A DNA stretch of 64,000 bases from Klebsiella phage FKP3, in sequence record PP895363.1. One strand, given 5' to 3'. The position numbers were made by a program, and so were the translations under genes. The number at the start of each line of letters is the position of its first letter. Positions within the stretch are counted from its first letter, which is position 1. Positions 8,238-16,033 of this stretch are shown here, in pieces. Under the pieces are notes generated by a model. It had not been told where the DNA came from and searched no databases. It worked only from the letters and a program-made list of their open reading frames with translations.

Positions 8238-8816
8238 ATGCATAGTACAAGAGATATTCTAAATTTATGGAAAACTACATTATGTAAATTTAAAGAAGAC
8301 TTTCCTGAATACGATGCCCTGCTAAAGGCCAACGGATGGCGAGCAGGTGTTAGAGAAAAAAGAAATAAATCTTTTGGTTGGGCAGATAATAGAAGTAAGT
8401 TAGTTATTATCAATTGGCATCTGCATAAAAACTCGGAAGAGCATAACATTGTTGATACTATGCTACATGAGATAGCCCATGCAATAGATTTTTGTAAAAG
8501 AGGTAGATCTGATCATGGCGCTGCATGGAAAGCAATAGCGCAGGAAATAGGAGCTATTCCTAAAGCTGTATCAAAGCGTTCTGTTAAAACAGAATATCCT
8601 TGGGTAATGGCTCTCGTATCAGATGGCGAATTAAGATTTATCAGAGGGTATAATCGCCGTCCTTCTAGGCAAAAACCTAATAGTATAATGTGGGGAACCT
8701 ACCTTAGTAAAGATAAGGAAGGAACCATTGATAAAATTTGGTTATTGTCTTGGGAAGAATGGCTTAAGAAGTGTGATGCTATGGGGATCTCTCCCTACTA
8801 TGAAGACAGAAAATAA
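8238..8816 (+). CDS. SprT-like zinc metalloprotease domain protein
   Basis: HExxH motif HEIAHAIDF with downstream conserved D/H; 192 aa. Confidence 0.6.
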   Translation: MHSTRDILNLWKTTLCKFKEDFPEYDALLKANGWRAGVREKRNKSFGWADNRSKLVIINWHLHKNSEEHNIVDTMLHEIAHAIDFCKRGRSDHGAAWKAIAQEIGAIPKAVSKRSVKTEYPWVMALVSDGELRFIRGYNRRPSRQKPNSIMWGTYLSKDKEGTIDKIWLLSWEEWLKKCDAMGISPYYEDRK

Positions 8817-8825
8817 GGAGGCAAC

Positions 8826-9923
8826 ATGTCTAGTCCATTTTTAACTGCTGTTAAAACAACTCCAAGCAAGAGTGCATTGGCTGCAAAAGAAGATACACGG
8901 TCGGCATTAGCCCCAACTGTCTTTGATTCTAGCCCTGTGTATGCGCCTGCTGTAGTAAAACCTGTTCCAGACCTCCCTGCAATGACTCGTAAAGAGATTG
9001 ATAATGTAGGTGCAGAGGCTGGATTAACTCTACGTAGTTTAAACAATGAAGTGCTGAAACATCAGCGTGGTAATCAGGGTGGAGAGATGAATGAACGTCT
9101 CACCGCTCTTATTAAACAAGCTAAACAATTAGACCCCAGCGCGATTAAACAATCGAAGGGTGTTGGCAAGTTCATCAAAAAGTTGATGGGTATGAAAGAA
9201 GACCTGTTTGCAGAGTATGATACTATTAATAATCGTATTGATGTTCTTGTCAAAGAACTGGAGGGCGATGTTAGAAAAGAAGAAGATTCTCTTGTTTATC
9301 TCGAAAAACTTAAAATGGCTATTGGACAATATGCATTAAGTTTAAATCGGGATGTAGAACTTTTGACAGATACCTATGAGAAAGAAGAAGCACGTTTCAA
9401 TATGCTACCAGAGGATCAGGTCGAAGAACGCCAAGCTGTGCGTGATACTTTAGACATTCTGGAGATCCGTATTGCCGACTTAAAAGCGCTGCGTCTTCTT
9501 TGTGTCCAAATGGGGCCACGTGTTAATAGTATGATCAAAGTAAGCGAAATGCTTATGCGATCTGCACGTAACATCGTGAACAATGTTATTCCAGCGTACT
9601 CTGCCAACTTCTCAATGTATATTGAGAGTTTGCGTCAGGCAGAAGCTGGTCAAACCCAAGCTAATGTATTGGATGAATTCCAAGTAGCGCTAAAAATGGG
9701 TAGTGATTTAGCAGCACAAAATATTATTACTGCAACTGAACTCTCTAATCGTCAAGTGCTGGATATTGAAACACTCCGTCACGATCAAGAAAATCTGGTA
9801 CGTATGCTGGAAGAAACAAACCGAATCAATACTGAAGCACGTGCTGCCCGTATTGAGTACATCAATGAAGTACAATCCCTAGAGGATGGGATGGTACAGA
9901 AAGTCAAAGCTGGTTTAGTCTAA
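8826..9923 (+). CDS. telA: TelA-like protein (toxic anion resistance family)
   Basis: Alpha-helical 365-aa protein with C-terminal block NRQVLDIETLRHDQENLVRMLEETNRINTEARAARIEYINEV matching the TelA signature (VVDIETL...); RBS AAGGAGG. Confidence 0.6.
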   Translation: MSSPFLTAVKTTPSKSALAAKEDTRSALAPTVFDSSPVYAPAVVKPVPDLPAMTRKEIDNVGAEAGLTLRSLNNEVLKHQRGNQGGEMNERLTALIKQAKQLDPSAIKQSKGVGKFIKKLMGMKEDLFAEYDTINNRIDVLVKELEGDVRKEEDSLVYLEKLKMAIGQYALSLNRDVELLTDTYEKEEARFNMLPEDQVEERQAVRDTLDILEIRIADLKALRLLCVQMGPRVNSMIKVSEMLMRSARNIVNNVIPAYSANFSMYIESLRQAEAGQTQANVLDEFQVALKMGSDLAAQNIITATELSNRQVLDIETLRHDQENLVRMLEETNRINTEARAARIEYINEVQSLEDGMVQKVKAGLV

Positions 9924-9932
9924 GGAGAAATT

Positions 9933-10133
9933 ATGCTTATTCGTGTATACAAAGGCAAAGACGCAATTTTAGTGAGATATGATGGGGAACTACGTGTAGC
10001 ACCTATGGGAGTATCTTGGTTAGGTAGGGGTTTTATCTCAATGGTCACAGATTTGAGACATTTATATTCTTATGACCCTATCACTGAAAAGCAGTTAGCA
10101 GGTCTAGAAATCCTCCTAGAGGAGGTGTGCTAA
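9933..10133 (+). CDS. hypothetical protein, 66 aa
   Basis: RBS AAGGAGAAATT; ORF. Confidence 0.5.
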   Translation: MLIRVYKGKDAILVRYDGELRVAPMGVSWLGRGFISMVTDLRHLYSYDPITEKQLAGLEILLEEVC

Positions 10134-10348
10134 TGAAAGTAGCTATTCTTATTGAAGATTGTGGAGATGGGAGTTCTTGTCTTCGTTGGTTTAAAGACCT
10201 TGACTTAGCCGAGGCACTGGCGTATAGTGATGATTATTGCGAAGAATTCGGTGGTAGTGAAGGTACAACAGTGATTGAAGTTGGTGACGACTTTATCCCA
10301 CCTGGTGGTTTCGATGACAACTGTGAATGGGATATCACCGATGAATGA
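10133..10348 (+). CDS. hypothetical acidic protein (71 aa from ATG 10133)
   Basis: RBS GGAGG upstream; ORF. Confidence 0.5.
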   Translation: MKVAILIEDCGDGSSCLRWFKDLDLAEALAYSDDYCEEFGGSEGTTVIEVGDDFIPPGGFDDNCEWDITDE

Positions 10349-10532
10349 TAAAATTGTCTTGACACGCCTTGAGTTAAAGACTATCATCGAAGACGCTTTC
10401 ATAGATGGTTGGAATACACAAGATAACGATTGGGCCTCTGCGGAGGCATATCTTGAACATCACAATGACTATGGTGATGAGTGTGAAACAACTATTGCAC
10501 TTAAAAACTTAATGGAGGGCAATAATGAGTGA
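10341..10532 (+). CDS. hypothetical protein, 63 aa (ATGAATGA start/stop overlap)
   Basis: ATG 10341 overlapping the preceding stop; ORF track 10275-10532 trimmed to this ATG. Confidence 0.45.
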   Translation: MNDKIVLTRLELKTIIEDAFIDGWNTQDNDWASAEAYLEHHNDYGDECETTIALKNLMEGNNE

Positions 10533-10686
10533 AGAATTTTTGACTTGGTTTGAACGATTTTATGAAAGTAAACCTTACTTTACAAAGGAAGAAAAAGAAG
10601 AGCTTAAGTTTCACACATGGTTTGCATGGCGCGATTCACGCCGTGCAGATGACTTAAAAGAAGTTGAAAAAGGAGATAAAGAATGA
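10525..10686 (+). CDS. hypothetical protein, 53 aa (not in track)
   Basis: ATG 10525 after GGAGGG; ends overlapping the ATG of the vWA gene. Confidence 0.45.
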   Translation: MSEEFLTWFERFYESKPYFTKEEKEELKFHTWFAWRDSRRADDLKEVEKGDKE

Positions 10687-11477
10687 GCGAAAAAATTAGT
10701 CTGGTTAAACGCCAAGAGAAACTCGTAATCAGCCTCAAAAAGAAAAAGATCGCACAGATCACCCTGCGTGTAGCATCTGCGCTGGATATCTCAGGTAGTA
10801 TGGGTAGTCTGTATCGTAATGGTACTGTAAGTGATTTTGTAGGTAAACTCTTACCGTTTGGTATGCAATTTGACGATAATGCTCAGATTGATATGTGGGC
10901 GTTTGACCACGGCTGTCGTGAGCTGCCTCCTGCAACAGCGTCTGTCTATGATGATTATGTAGGCAAGTGTATGCGTGGTATTTCAATCTCCGGTGGTACA
11001 GCCTATGCTCCAGTGATGCAAGAGATTTATGATGAGTATTTTGGTAAAGTACCTATGAAAACCGTCTCTCGTGAGATCGATATACAGGAAAAACGTCCTG
11101 TGAGTGGTTTCTTTGCTAAGCTGACAGGCAAAACCGAAACTGTAACTGTGAAGAAAACTATCACTGAACAAGTACCAGATACTTCTGTGCCAGTCGATAC
11201 AACCCCCGCTATGGTGTTCTTCCAGACAGATGGCGACAACTCTGATAAAGAAGCCGTGCGTAGCCTGCTTTCTCGTAACCGTGGCAAACCTATTTATTGG
11301 TTTATGGTGGGCGTAGGTCAGGAAAGCTTTAGCTTCCTGAAAGAACTCGCTCGTGATTACGATAACGTCGATTTTATTGGCGTAGATGACCTTGACCTTT
11401 CAGATGAAGAACTGTATGATAAGCTTCTGTCTGACGAATTTGGTCAGTGGGTTGAGAAAGTTGGTGCAAAAAGCTAA
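10683..11477 (+). CDS. vWA-domain protein (TerY-like) with TerD-like N-terminal ISL repeat
   Basis: MIDAS motif DISGSMG, downstream metal-site residues; N-terminus MSEKISLVKRQEKLVISLKK resembles the TerD N-terminus of the next gene. Confidence 0.65.
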   Translation: MSEKISLVKRQEKLVISLKKKKIAQITLRVASALDISGSMGSLYRNGTVSDFVGKLLPFGMQFDDNAQIDMWAFDHGCRELPPATASVYDDYVGKCMRGISISGGTAYAPVMQEIYDEYFGKVPMKTVSREIDIQEKRPVSGFFAKLTGKTETVTVKKTITEQVPDTSVPVDTTPAMVFFQTDGDNSDKEAVRSLLSRNRGKPIYWFMVGVGQESFSFLKELARDYDNVDFIGVDDLDLSDEELYDKLLSDEFGQWVEKVGAKS

Positions 11478-11485
11478 AATATTTC

Positions 11486-11513
11486 TTGACACTTAGAAAG
11501 AAAAGAGTAGAAT
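11486..11513 (+). promoter_or_regulatory. strong sigma70-like promoter TTGACA-16-TAGAAT upstream of the terD-like gene
   Basis: -35 TTGACA 11486-11491, -10 TAGAAT 11508-11513, then hairpin 11526-11545 and RBS. Confidence 0.6.
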
Positions 11514-11525
11514 AAGTTTCACAAA

Positions 11526-11545
11526 GGGGAGAGATGGCTCTCCCC
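11526..11545 (+). promoter_or_regulatory. 5'UTR stem-loop GGGGAGAG-ATGG-CTCTCCCC (hairpin family B)
   Basis: Perfect 8-bp stem between promoter and RBS AAGGAGAATATACATG. Confidence 0.5.
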
Positions 11546-11571
11546 AGTAAACAAAATAAAGGAGAATATAC

Positions 11572-12174
11572 ATGTCTGAGAAAATTTCCCTCAAAAAAGG
11601 TTCTAGCGAAAAGATTTCCCTGAAGAAAATTGCTCCGCTGCTTAAAGAAATCCGTCTGGAGTTTAGCTGGAAATCTGGTGGTAAACTTGATCTGGACGTT
11701 AGTGCGCTGATTTGCCGTCATAACGCTGCTGGCAACCCAGAGATGCTTTCTGCACGTCATTTAGTGTGCTATGGTAATAAGTTCGACCCAGAGCGTTCTA
11801 CTTTTGCAGGTGCAGATGTTCGTGATGGTACTGGGGAAATGGAACAAATCGACATTACTCTGGATAAAATCTCTGCAAATGCTAATGAGGTAGCTTTTGT
11901 GATTACTATCGACGACGATACTGGTCGTGCTCGCTTAGGTAATGCTACCGAAGGTATGCTGAAAATCTTCGACGCAGAACGTAACGTTGAGATCCTGGAC
12001 TTTGACTTCCTTGCACCGGAAGTTGCTGGTAATACTATCTGCCACGTAGCATCTCTTGTTCGTGAAGACGGTGAATGGAAACTGAAAGCATATGGGGTTG
12101 GTAAAGCTGGTATGGATATTTGCGATGTAGTTGCTGCCTTTGGTGGCGATCCTGCCTGGTACGAATGCCCGTAA
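11572..12174 (+). CDS. terD: TerD-family protein
   Basis: TerD hallmarks: N-terminal ISLKKG repeats, KLDLDVSALI, GADVRDGTGEMEQIDITLDKI...VAFVITI. Confidence 0.75.
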   Translation: MSEKISLKKGSSEKISLKKIAPLLKEIRLEFSWKSGGKLDLDVSALICRHNAAGNPEMLSARHLVCYGNKFDPERSTFAGADVRDGTGEMEQIDITLDKISANANEVAFVITIDDDTGRARLGNATEGMLKIFDAERNVEILDFDFLAPEVAGNTICHVASLVREDGEWKLKAYGVGKAGMDICDVVAAFGGDPAWYECP

Positions 12175-12235
12175 TCACTATCTATATCGGAGGGTGAAAA
12201 CCCTCCATTTGTAATAAAGAAAAGAGGAGAATAAG

Positions 12236-12850
12236 ATGAGCGCAATTTCTAAACTACAAGATTTGTTCAACAGCAATTTTGCAGTTGATGTAGATTATAA
12301 CGAAGCAAATAGCCGAAAAGTTATTGACCTATTTAAAGTAGTACGGGATCTGGGAGTCGATTACCGCATTGACGAAGCATTTAAAGATACCTGGATGACC
12401 GACGAAGCAAACGATGCTTATTGTATTAATAACTGGCAATATTTTGGTATTCTTAACGGTAATACCTTCCTCAGCGATTGTGCTTGGAGCGATGATAAAC
12501 CCCTGACAGTAAAAGAGTTTGAGGATATTGTTGTTGCAGCGCAAGGTGTCACTTCAGTTTTATCAGCAAAGGATACACTAGGTGGAGATCTGGTGATCAG
12601 TGGTGGTGTAGTTGTTGTTAATTATAAGGATGGTAGTAGTTATCATCTTGAACACGACGGTAAAGCTACACTCAATGTAGCAAGTCGTGTAGTTACCACT
12701 GAGCGTACCTTTCTTAAAGACGGTCAGCCAGCTTACGAGCGCGTGATTGTTAAACTGGAAAGTTTGGAAAGTGTTCAGAGTGATAATCTTAAACTTACTG
12801 TCAACGAAGACGGAACTAAAGTGGATTTCACTACTACTTTCACACTGTAG
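12236..12850 (+). CDS. hypothetical protein, 204 aa
   Basis: RBS AGAGGAGAATAAG; ORF; followed by family-A hairpin terminator. Confidence 0.6.
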   Translation: MSAISKLQDLFNSNFAVDVDYNEANSRKVIDLFKVVRDLGVDYRIDEAFKDTWMTDEANDAYCINNWQYFGILNGNTFLSDCAWSDDKPLTVKEFEDIVVAAQGVTSVLSAKDTLGGDLVISGGVVVVNYKDGSSYHLEHDGKATLNVASRVVTTERTFLKDGQPAYERVIVKLESLESVQSDNLKLTVNEDGTKVDFTTTFTL

Positions 12851-12857
12851 TATCAGA

Positions 12858-12880
12858 GGGGCGAAAGCCCCTTTTCTTGC
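12858..12880 (+). terminator. Rho-independent terminator GGGGCGAAAGCCCC + TTTTCTT (family A copy 2)
   Basis: Same hairpin as at 165-178, followed by a T tract. Confidence 0.6.
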
Positions 12881-12905
12881 AAAAAAGTCCTTCTTATGCT
12901 AGAAT
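12877..12905 (+). promoter_or_regulatory. sigma70-like promoter TTGCAA-17-TAGAAT
   Basis: -35 12877-12882, -10 12900-12905, upstream of the SleB-like gene. Confidence 0.55.
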
Positions 12906-12935
12906 AATAGTTCGTAAAATAAAAAGGAGGCAAAT

Positions 12936-13451
12936 TTGCTAATACGAAACTTTGTAACAATTGCGTTACTATCATTAACTGCTTTTACATTTACACCTGT
13001 AATCGGCATTGCCGAAGCTGCAAACGTAAAGACCGCTAAAGTAGTTCACAAATGTACAAAGCGAGATACGAAAGAAAATCTTTTAGCTTGTGCGATGTAT
13101 GCCGAAAGCCGAGGGCAAGGTAAAAAAGGAATGGCGGCGGTTGGCAATGTGGTCTTGAATCGCGTTAATGACCCACAATTCCCTAAAACTGTAAAAGATG
13201 TTCTGTTCCAACCCGGACAGTTTTCTTATACCAATAAAGGGGCTTTCAATGTAGTAGAAAAAGATAAATGGCAAGAAGCAAAACATATTGCAGACCGTTT
13301 ACTTTACTTAAATCGTAATTTCCCTGAAGCTAGAGATGCTACGGACTTTACTAAAGGAGCAAAATACTTTAAGAAAAAAAGTATTCGTGTCCATTGGGAA
13401 AAAGATATGACTTTAGTGTACAGATATAAAGAACATCAATTTTACCGGTAG
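12936..13451 (+). CDS. secreted cell-wall hydrolase, SleB/CwlJ (Hydrolase_2)-like; candidate endolysin
   Basis: N-terminal signal-like hydrophobic segment; AMYAESRGQG...GNVVLNRVNDPQFP...QPGQFSY matches the SleB-family core; TTG start after AAGGAGG. Confidence 0.6.
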   Translation: MLIRNFVTIALLSLTAFTFTPVIGIAEAANVKTAKVVHKCTKRDTKENLLACAMYAESRGQGKKGMAAVGNVVLNRVNDPQFPKTVKDVLFQPGQFSYTNKGAFNVVEKDKWQEAKHIADRLLYLNRNFPEARDATDFTKGAKYFKKKSIRVHWEKDMTLVYRYKEHQFYR

Positions 13452-13459
13452 GAGGTTAT

Positions 13460-13741
13460 ATGGAAGATGATGCAATTGTTGTTGCCAGTTATCTGATGAT
13501 TGGTTTAACAGAAGAGGATTTACATAATGTAAGAAAACATTTGGAAAGATTTGCAACGTTATTCATCACAGATGAGGAATCTGCGGACTGCTTTTCAATT
13601 GTTGTAATGAGTGATAGTATTTATCCTTGTCTTACCTTACAAGTTAAAACTGAGGTTTGGGAAAGATTCAGTAGAACTCATGATCTGGTGGAGTTCTCTT
13701 GTGTTGTAGCTCAGGATAACATCTTAGGAGCATTACATTAA
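13460..13741 (+). CDS. hypothetical protein, 93 aa
   Basis: RBS AGGAGG; ORF. Confidence 0.5.
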   Translation: MEDDAIVVASYLMIGLTEEDLHNVRKHLERFATLFITDEESADCFSIVVMSDSIYPCLTLQVKTEVWERFSRTHDLVEFSCVVAQDNILGALH

Positions 13742-13965
13742 TGGGCGATATTATTGAAGTAAATTTCAAAAAGAAAGAAAAAGTTCAAAAATATGTTCTA
13801 ACTAAACACATTTGCATTATCTGTTTCAATTCTGTATTATATGATTCTAGAAGGGAAGATAATGAGCCTTTTATTGAGCTAAATAAAAGTAAAGGGCAAT
13901 GTATTTGTAAAGAATGTTCAGTAGAGATTAAGGGGATTGTAGATGAAAACAAATGGGACGTATGA
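13741..13965 (+). CDS. hypothetical Cys-rich (zinc-ribbon-like) protein, 74 aa
   Basis: CIIC...CICKEC spacing. Confidence 0.45.
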   Translation: MGDIIEVNFKKKEKVQKYVLTKHICIICFNSVLYDSRREDNEPFIELNKSKGQCICKECSVEIKGIVDENKWDV

Positions 13966-14140
13966 TGTAGAACACTTTGTTGACCTTACTGCGGTAACAG
14001 ATGAGAAGTTGCTAAAGTTGCGTGATGTAGCTGGTGATCATCTCCGAGATACATTCACAGAATATATGGCAGCACGTGATCGTAGTATTGCAATTCAATT
14101 AGAACTACAGAATCGTGGGATCATTAAACCTAAAGATTGA
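13943..14140 (+). CDS. hypothetical protein, 65 aa
   Basis: ORF overlapping the upstream stop. Confidence 0.4.
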   Translation: MKTNGTYDVEHFVDLTAVTDEKLLKLRDVAGDHLRDTFTEYMAARDRSIAIQLELQNRGIIKPKD

Positions 14141-14203
14141 TAGGCAATACCGATTGGACATTCGCTCTGATCGGTGATACATTAACATTACAGGAGAGGG
14201 AGA

Positions 14204-14773
14204 ATGATTTATCACATCACTCCCTATCTCACTGGTGACATTGGTAAAGGTATCAATGATACTATACGGGTGTTACCAGAAGATAGTTGGATTTGTTTAA
14301 GGGATATCGATACGATGTTCCTACTACCTGAACAACCAATGTGGATTGAAACATTAGTTCGTTCTAATCCGCAGTATGATGTAATTGGGGCATCATGTAA
14401 TAGGCTAGGATCAACATACCAATTATTTGATGGAGAGCGTAGCGAAGACCCAAATATAGAGAATCATATCCAAAAGGCCAGAGTAGCTCGTTTGGTATTT
14501 GGTGGTGATATAGAAGAAGTTCCTTATGGTGTACCATTAGCAGGTTTCTTCCTTTTATTCAGAAAATCACTCTGGCAAGAAATACCTTTCGAAGAAAGGT
14601 CTATTCAGTTCGATCTAATATTCTCAAATAAATTACATTCAGAGGGGAAACGTTTAGGTATCATGCGAGGGATGTATCTTTTTCATACCTATCGTTTAGG
14701 ATCACAAAATCCTCAAATGTCAATTTCACATCTAATACATTGCCAAGATATGGAAAAGGTAATCAAATATTAA
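14204..14773 (+). CDS. putative GT-A-like glycosyltransferase (DxD-containing), tentative
   Basis: RDIDTMF DxD-like motif; RBS GGAGAGGGAGAATG. Confidence 0.4.
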   Translation: MIYHITPYLTGDIGKGINDTIRVLPEDSWICLRDIDTMFLLPEQPMWIETLVRSNPQYDVIGASCNRLGSTYQLFDGERSEDPNIENHIQKARVARLVFGGDIEEVPYGVPLAGFFLLFRKSLWQEIPFEERSIQFDLIFSNKLHSEGKRLGIMRGMYLFHTYRLGSQNPQMSISHLIHCQDMEKVIKY

Positions 14774-14782
14774 GGAGGGCTT

Positions 14783-15750
14783 TTTGCAAGAACCACAGTT
14801 GTATTTTGATAACAAATTTGGTAGTGGTTGTGATTACCATAGAATAGTTCTGCCCTATACTAATAGTAATTTTAAACCAAAAGAAAATGTACTGGTTTTT
14901 AATAGAGTTTTTTTCTCTTGGTGCCGAGGAAGTAAAAATAGCTAAGTTAAAGGGCTATAAAATAATTGTGGATTTGGATGACTATTATGAGTTAAATAAA
15001 GAACACTATTTAGCCAAGCATTTTACAGAACATGCTAAAGTAATTGAAGAGATGGTTAAGTTGGCAGATGTTGTTACTGTTACAACAGAATACTTAGCAT
15101 ACAAACTTCGTCATTTAAATAGAAATATTGTGGTGATTAAAAATGCATTACCTTTTGATCAACTACAATTCACTTTAAGTGAAGACACTACATCAAACAC
15201 ACCTATCGTTTGGGCGGGAGGTGCTAGTCATGAACGGGATTTGAGTTTAGTTGTAAATTCTTTTCCAGCAGGACTATTTACTATTGCCGGGTATGATATT
15301 TATCCAACCGCAAAGCCAGGGTCAATTGAATGTTTAGTACACTCTGCATGGGCTAAAATAATGACTAAATTTCCAGCAAGCAATTACGTAAAAGCCATTA
15401 AAGATTTAAATACGTATATGAATGTGTATAATGGTCATCAAATAGCAATCGCGCCTTTGGTAGAGAATGAGTTCAATGCTTGTAAAAGTAATCTTAAAAT
15501 CTTAGAAGCTGGCGCTAAAGGTCTGCCTATTGTTTGCTCTAAAGTGTTACCCTATTACAATCCTATAGATGAAAAGTAGTAATTTACGCTGAAAATACTT
15601 TTGAATGGAAACAAGAGGTTGACAAATTACTAAAAAATCCAAACTATAGAAAAGATAAAGGTGAGGCTCTAGCAGAACATGTCCGTTTACACTATGCACT
15701 AGAAGATGCTAATGAATTACGTCGCCAAGTGGTTGAAAGTTTATAATTAG
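14783..15750 (+). pseudogene. GT-B (GT1/GT4-like) glycosyltransferase split into three frames by two homopolymer frameshifts
   Basis: TTG 14783 after AGGAGGG; frame breaks at T7 run 14908-14914 and A4 run ~15571-15575; joined translation carries the GT1 motif E-x7-E-like ...IAIAPLVENEFNACKSNLKILEAGAKGLPIV... and GT1 C-terminal helix. Confidence 0.5.
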
Positions 15751-15757
15751 GAGCAAT

Positions 15758-16021
15758 ATGAATACGTTTGATTTTTTATATAACATGGACGGAATGTCTC
15801 TTACAATTGAGGTAGATTTTTATTATACAGAACCAGACCCATATGCAGACAATGATTGGGACTACTCTGGGGGTTTATATATTGATGCTGTAAGAGTTTT
15901 CCATAAACAGAAAGAGGTTTTTAATATTGATCTTCCAATTAAAGAAATTGAATATCAATTTAAAAAGTATCTAGAAGAAAAAGAAATTGAATTTGTAATG
16001 GAGCACAATGCATCCTTTTAA
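15758..16021 (+). CDS. hypothetical protein, 87 aa
   Basis: RBS AGGAGCAATATG. Confidence 0.5.
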   Translation: MNTFDFLYNMDGMSLTIEVDFYYTEPDPYADNDWDYSGGLYIDAVRVFHKQKEVFNIDLPIKEIEYQFKKYLEEKEIEFVMEHNASF

Positions 16022-16033
16022 TGGAGATTTTAA

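Larger units (their letters stand above)
7446..8445 (+). repeat. 1000-bp direct tandem repeat, copy 2
   Basis: Identical to 6446-7445; junction at 7445/7446 (GCATA|GAGCC). Confidence 0.95.

Noticed and set aside
6446-8445. Could the 1-kb and 127-bp direct repeats be a CRISPR array or IS element
   Set aside because: There are only two copies, they are tandem without spacers, they lie within coding sequence, and there are no cas or transposase genes. These are segmental duplications.
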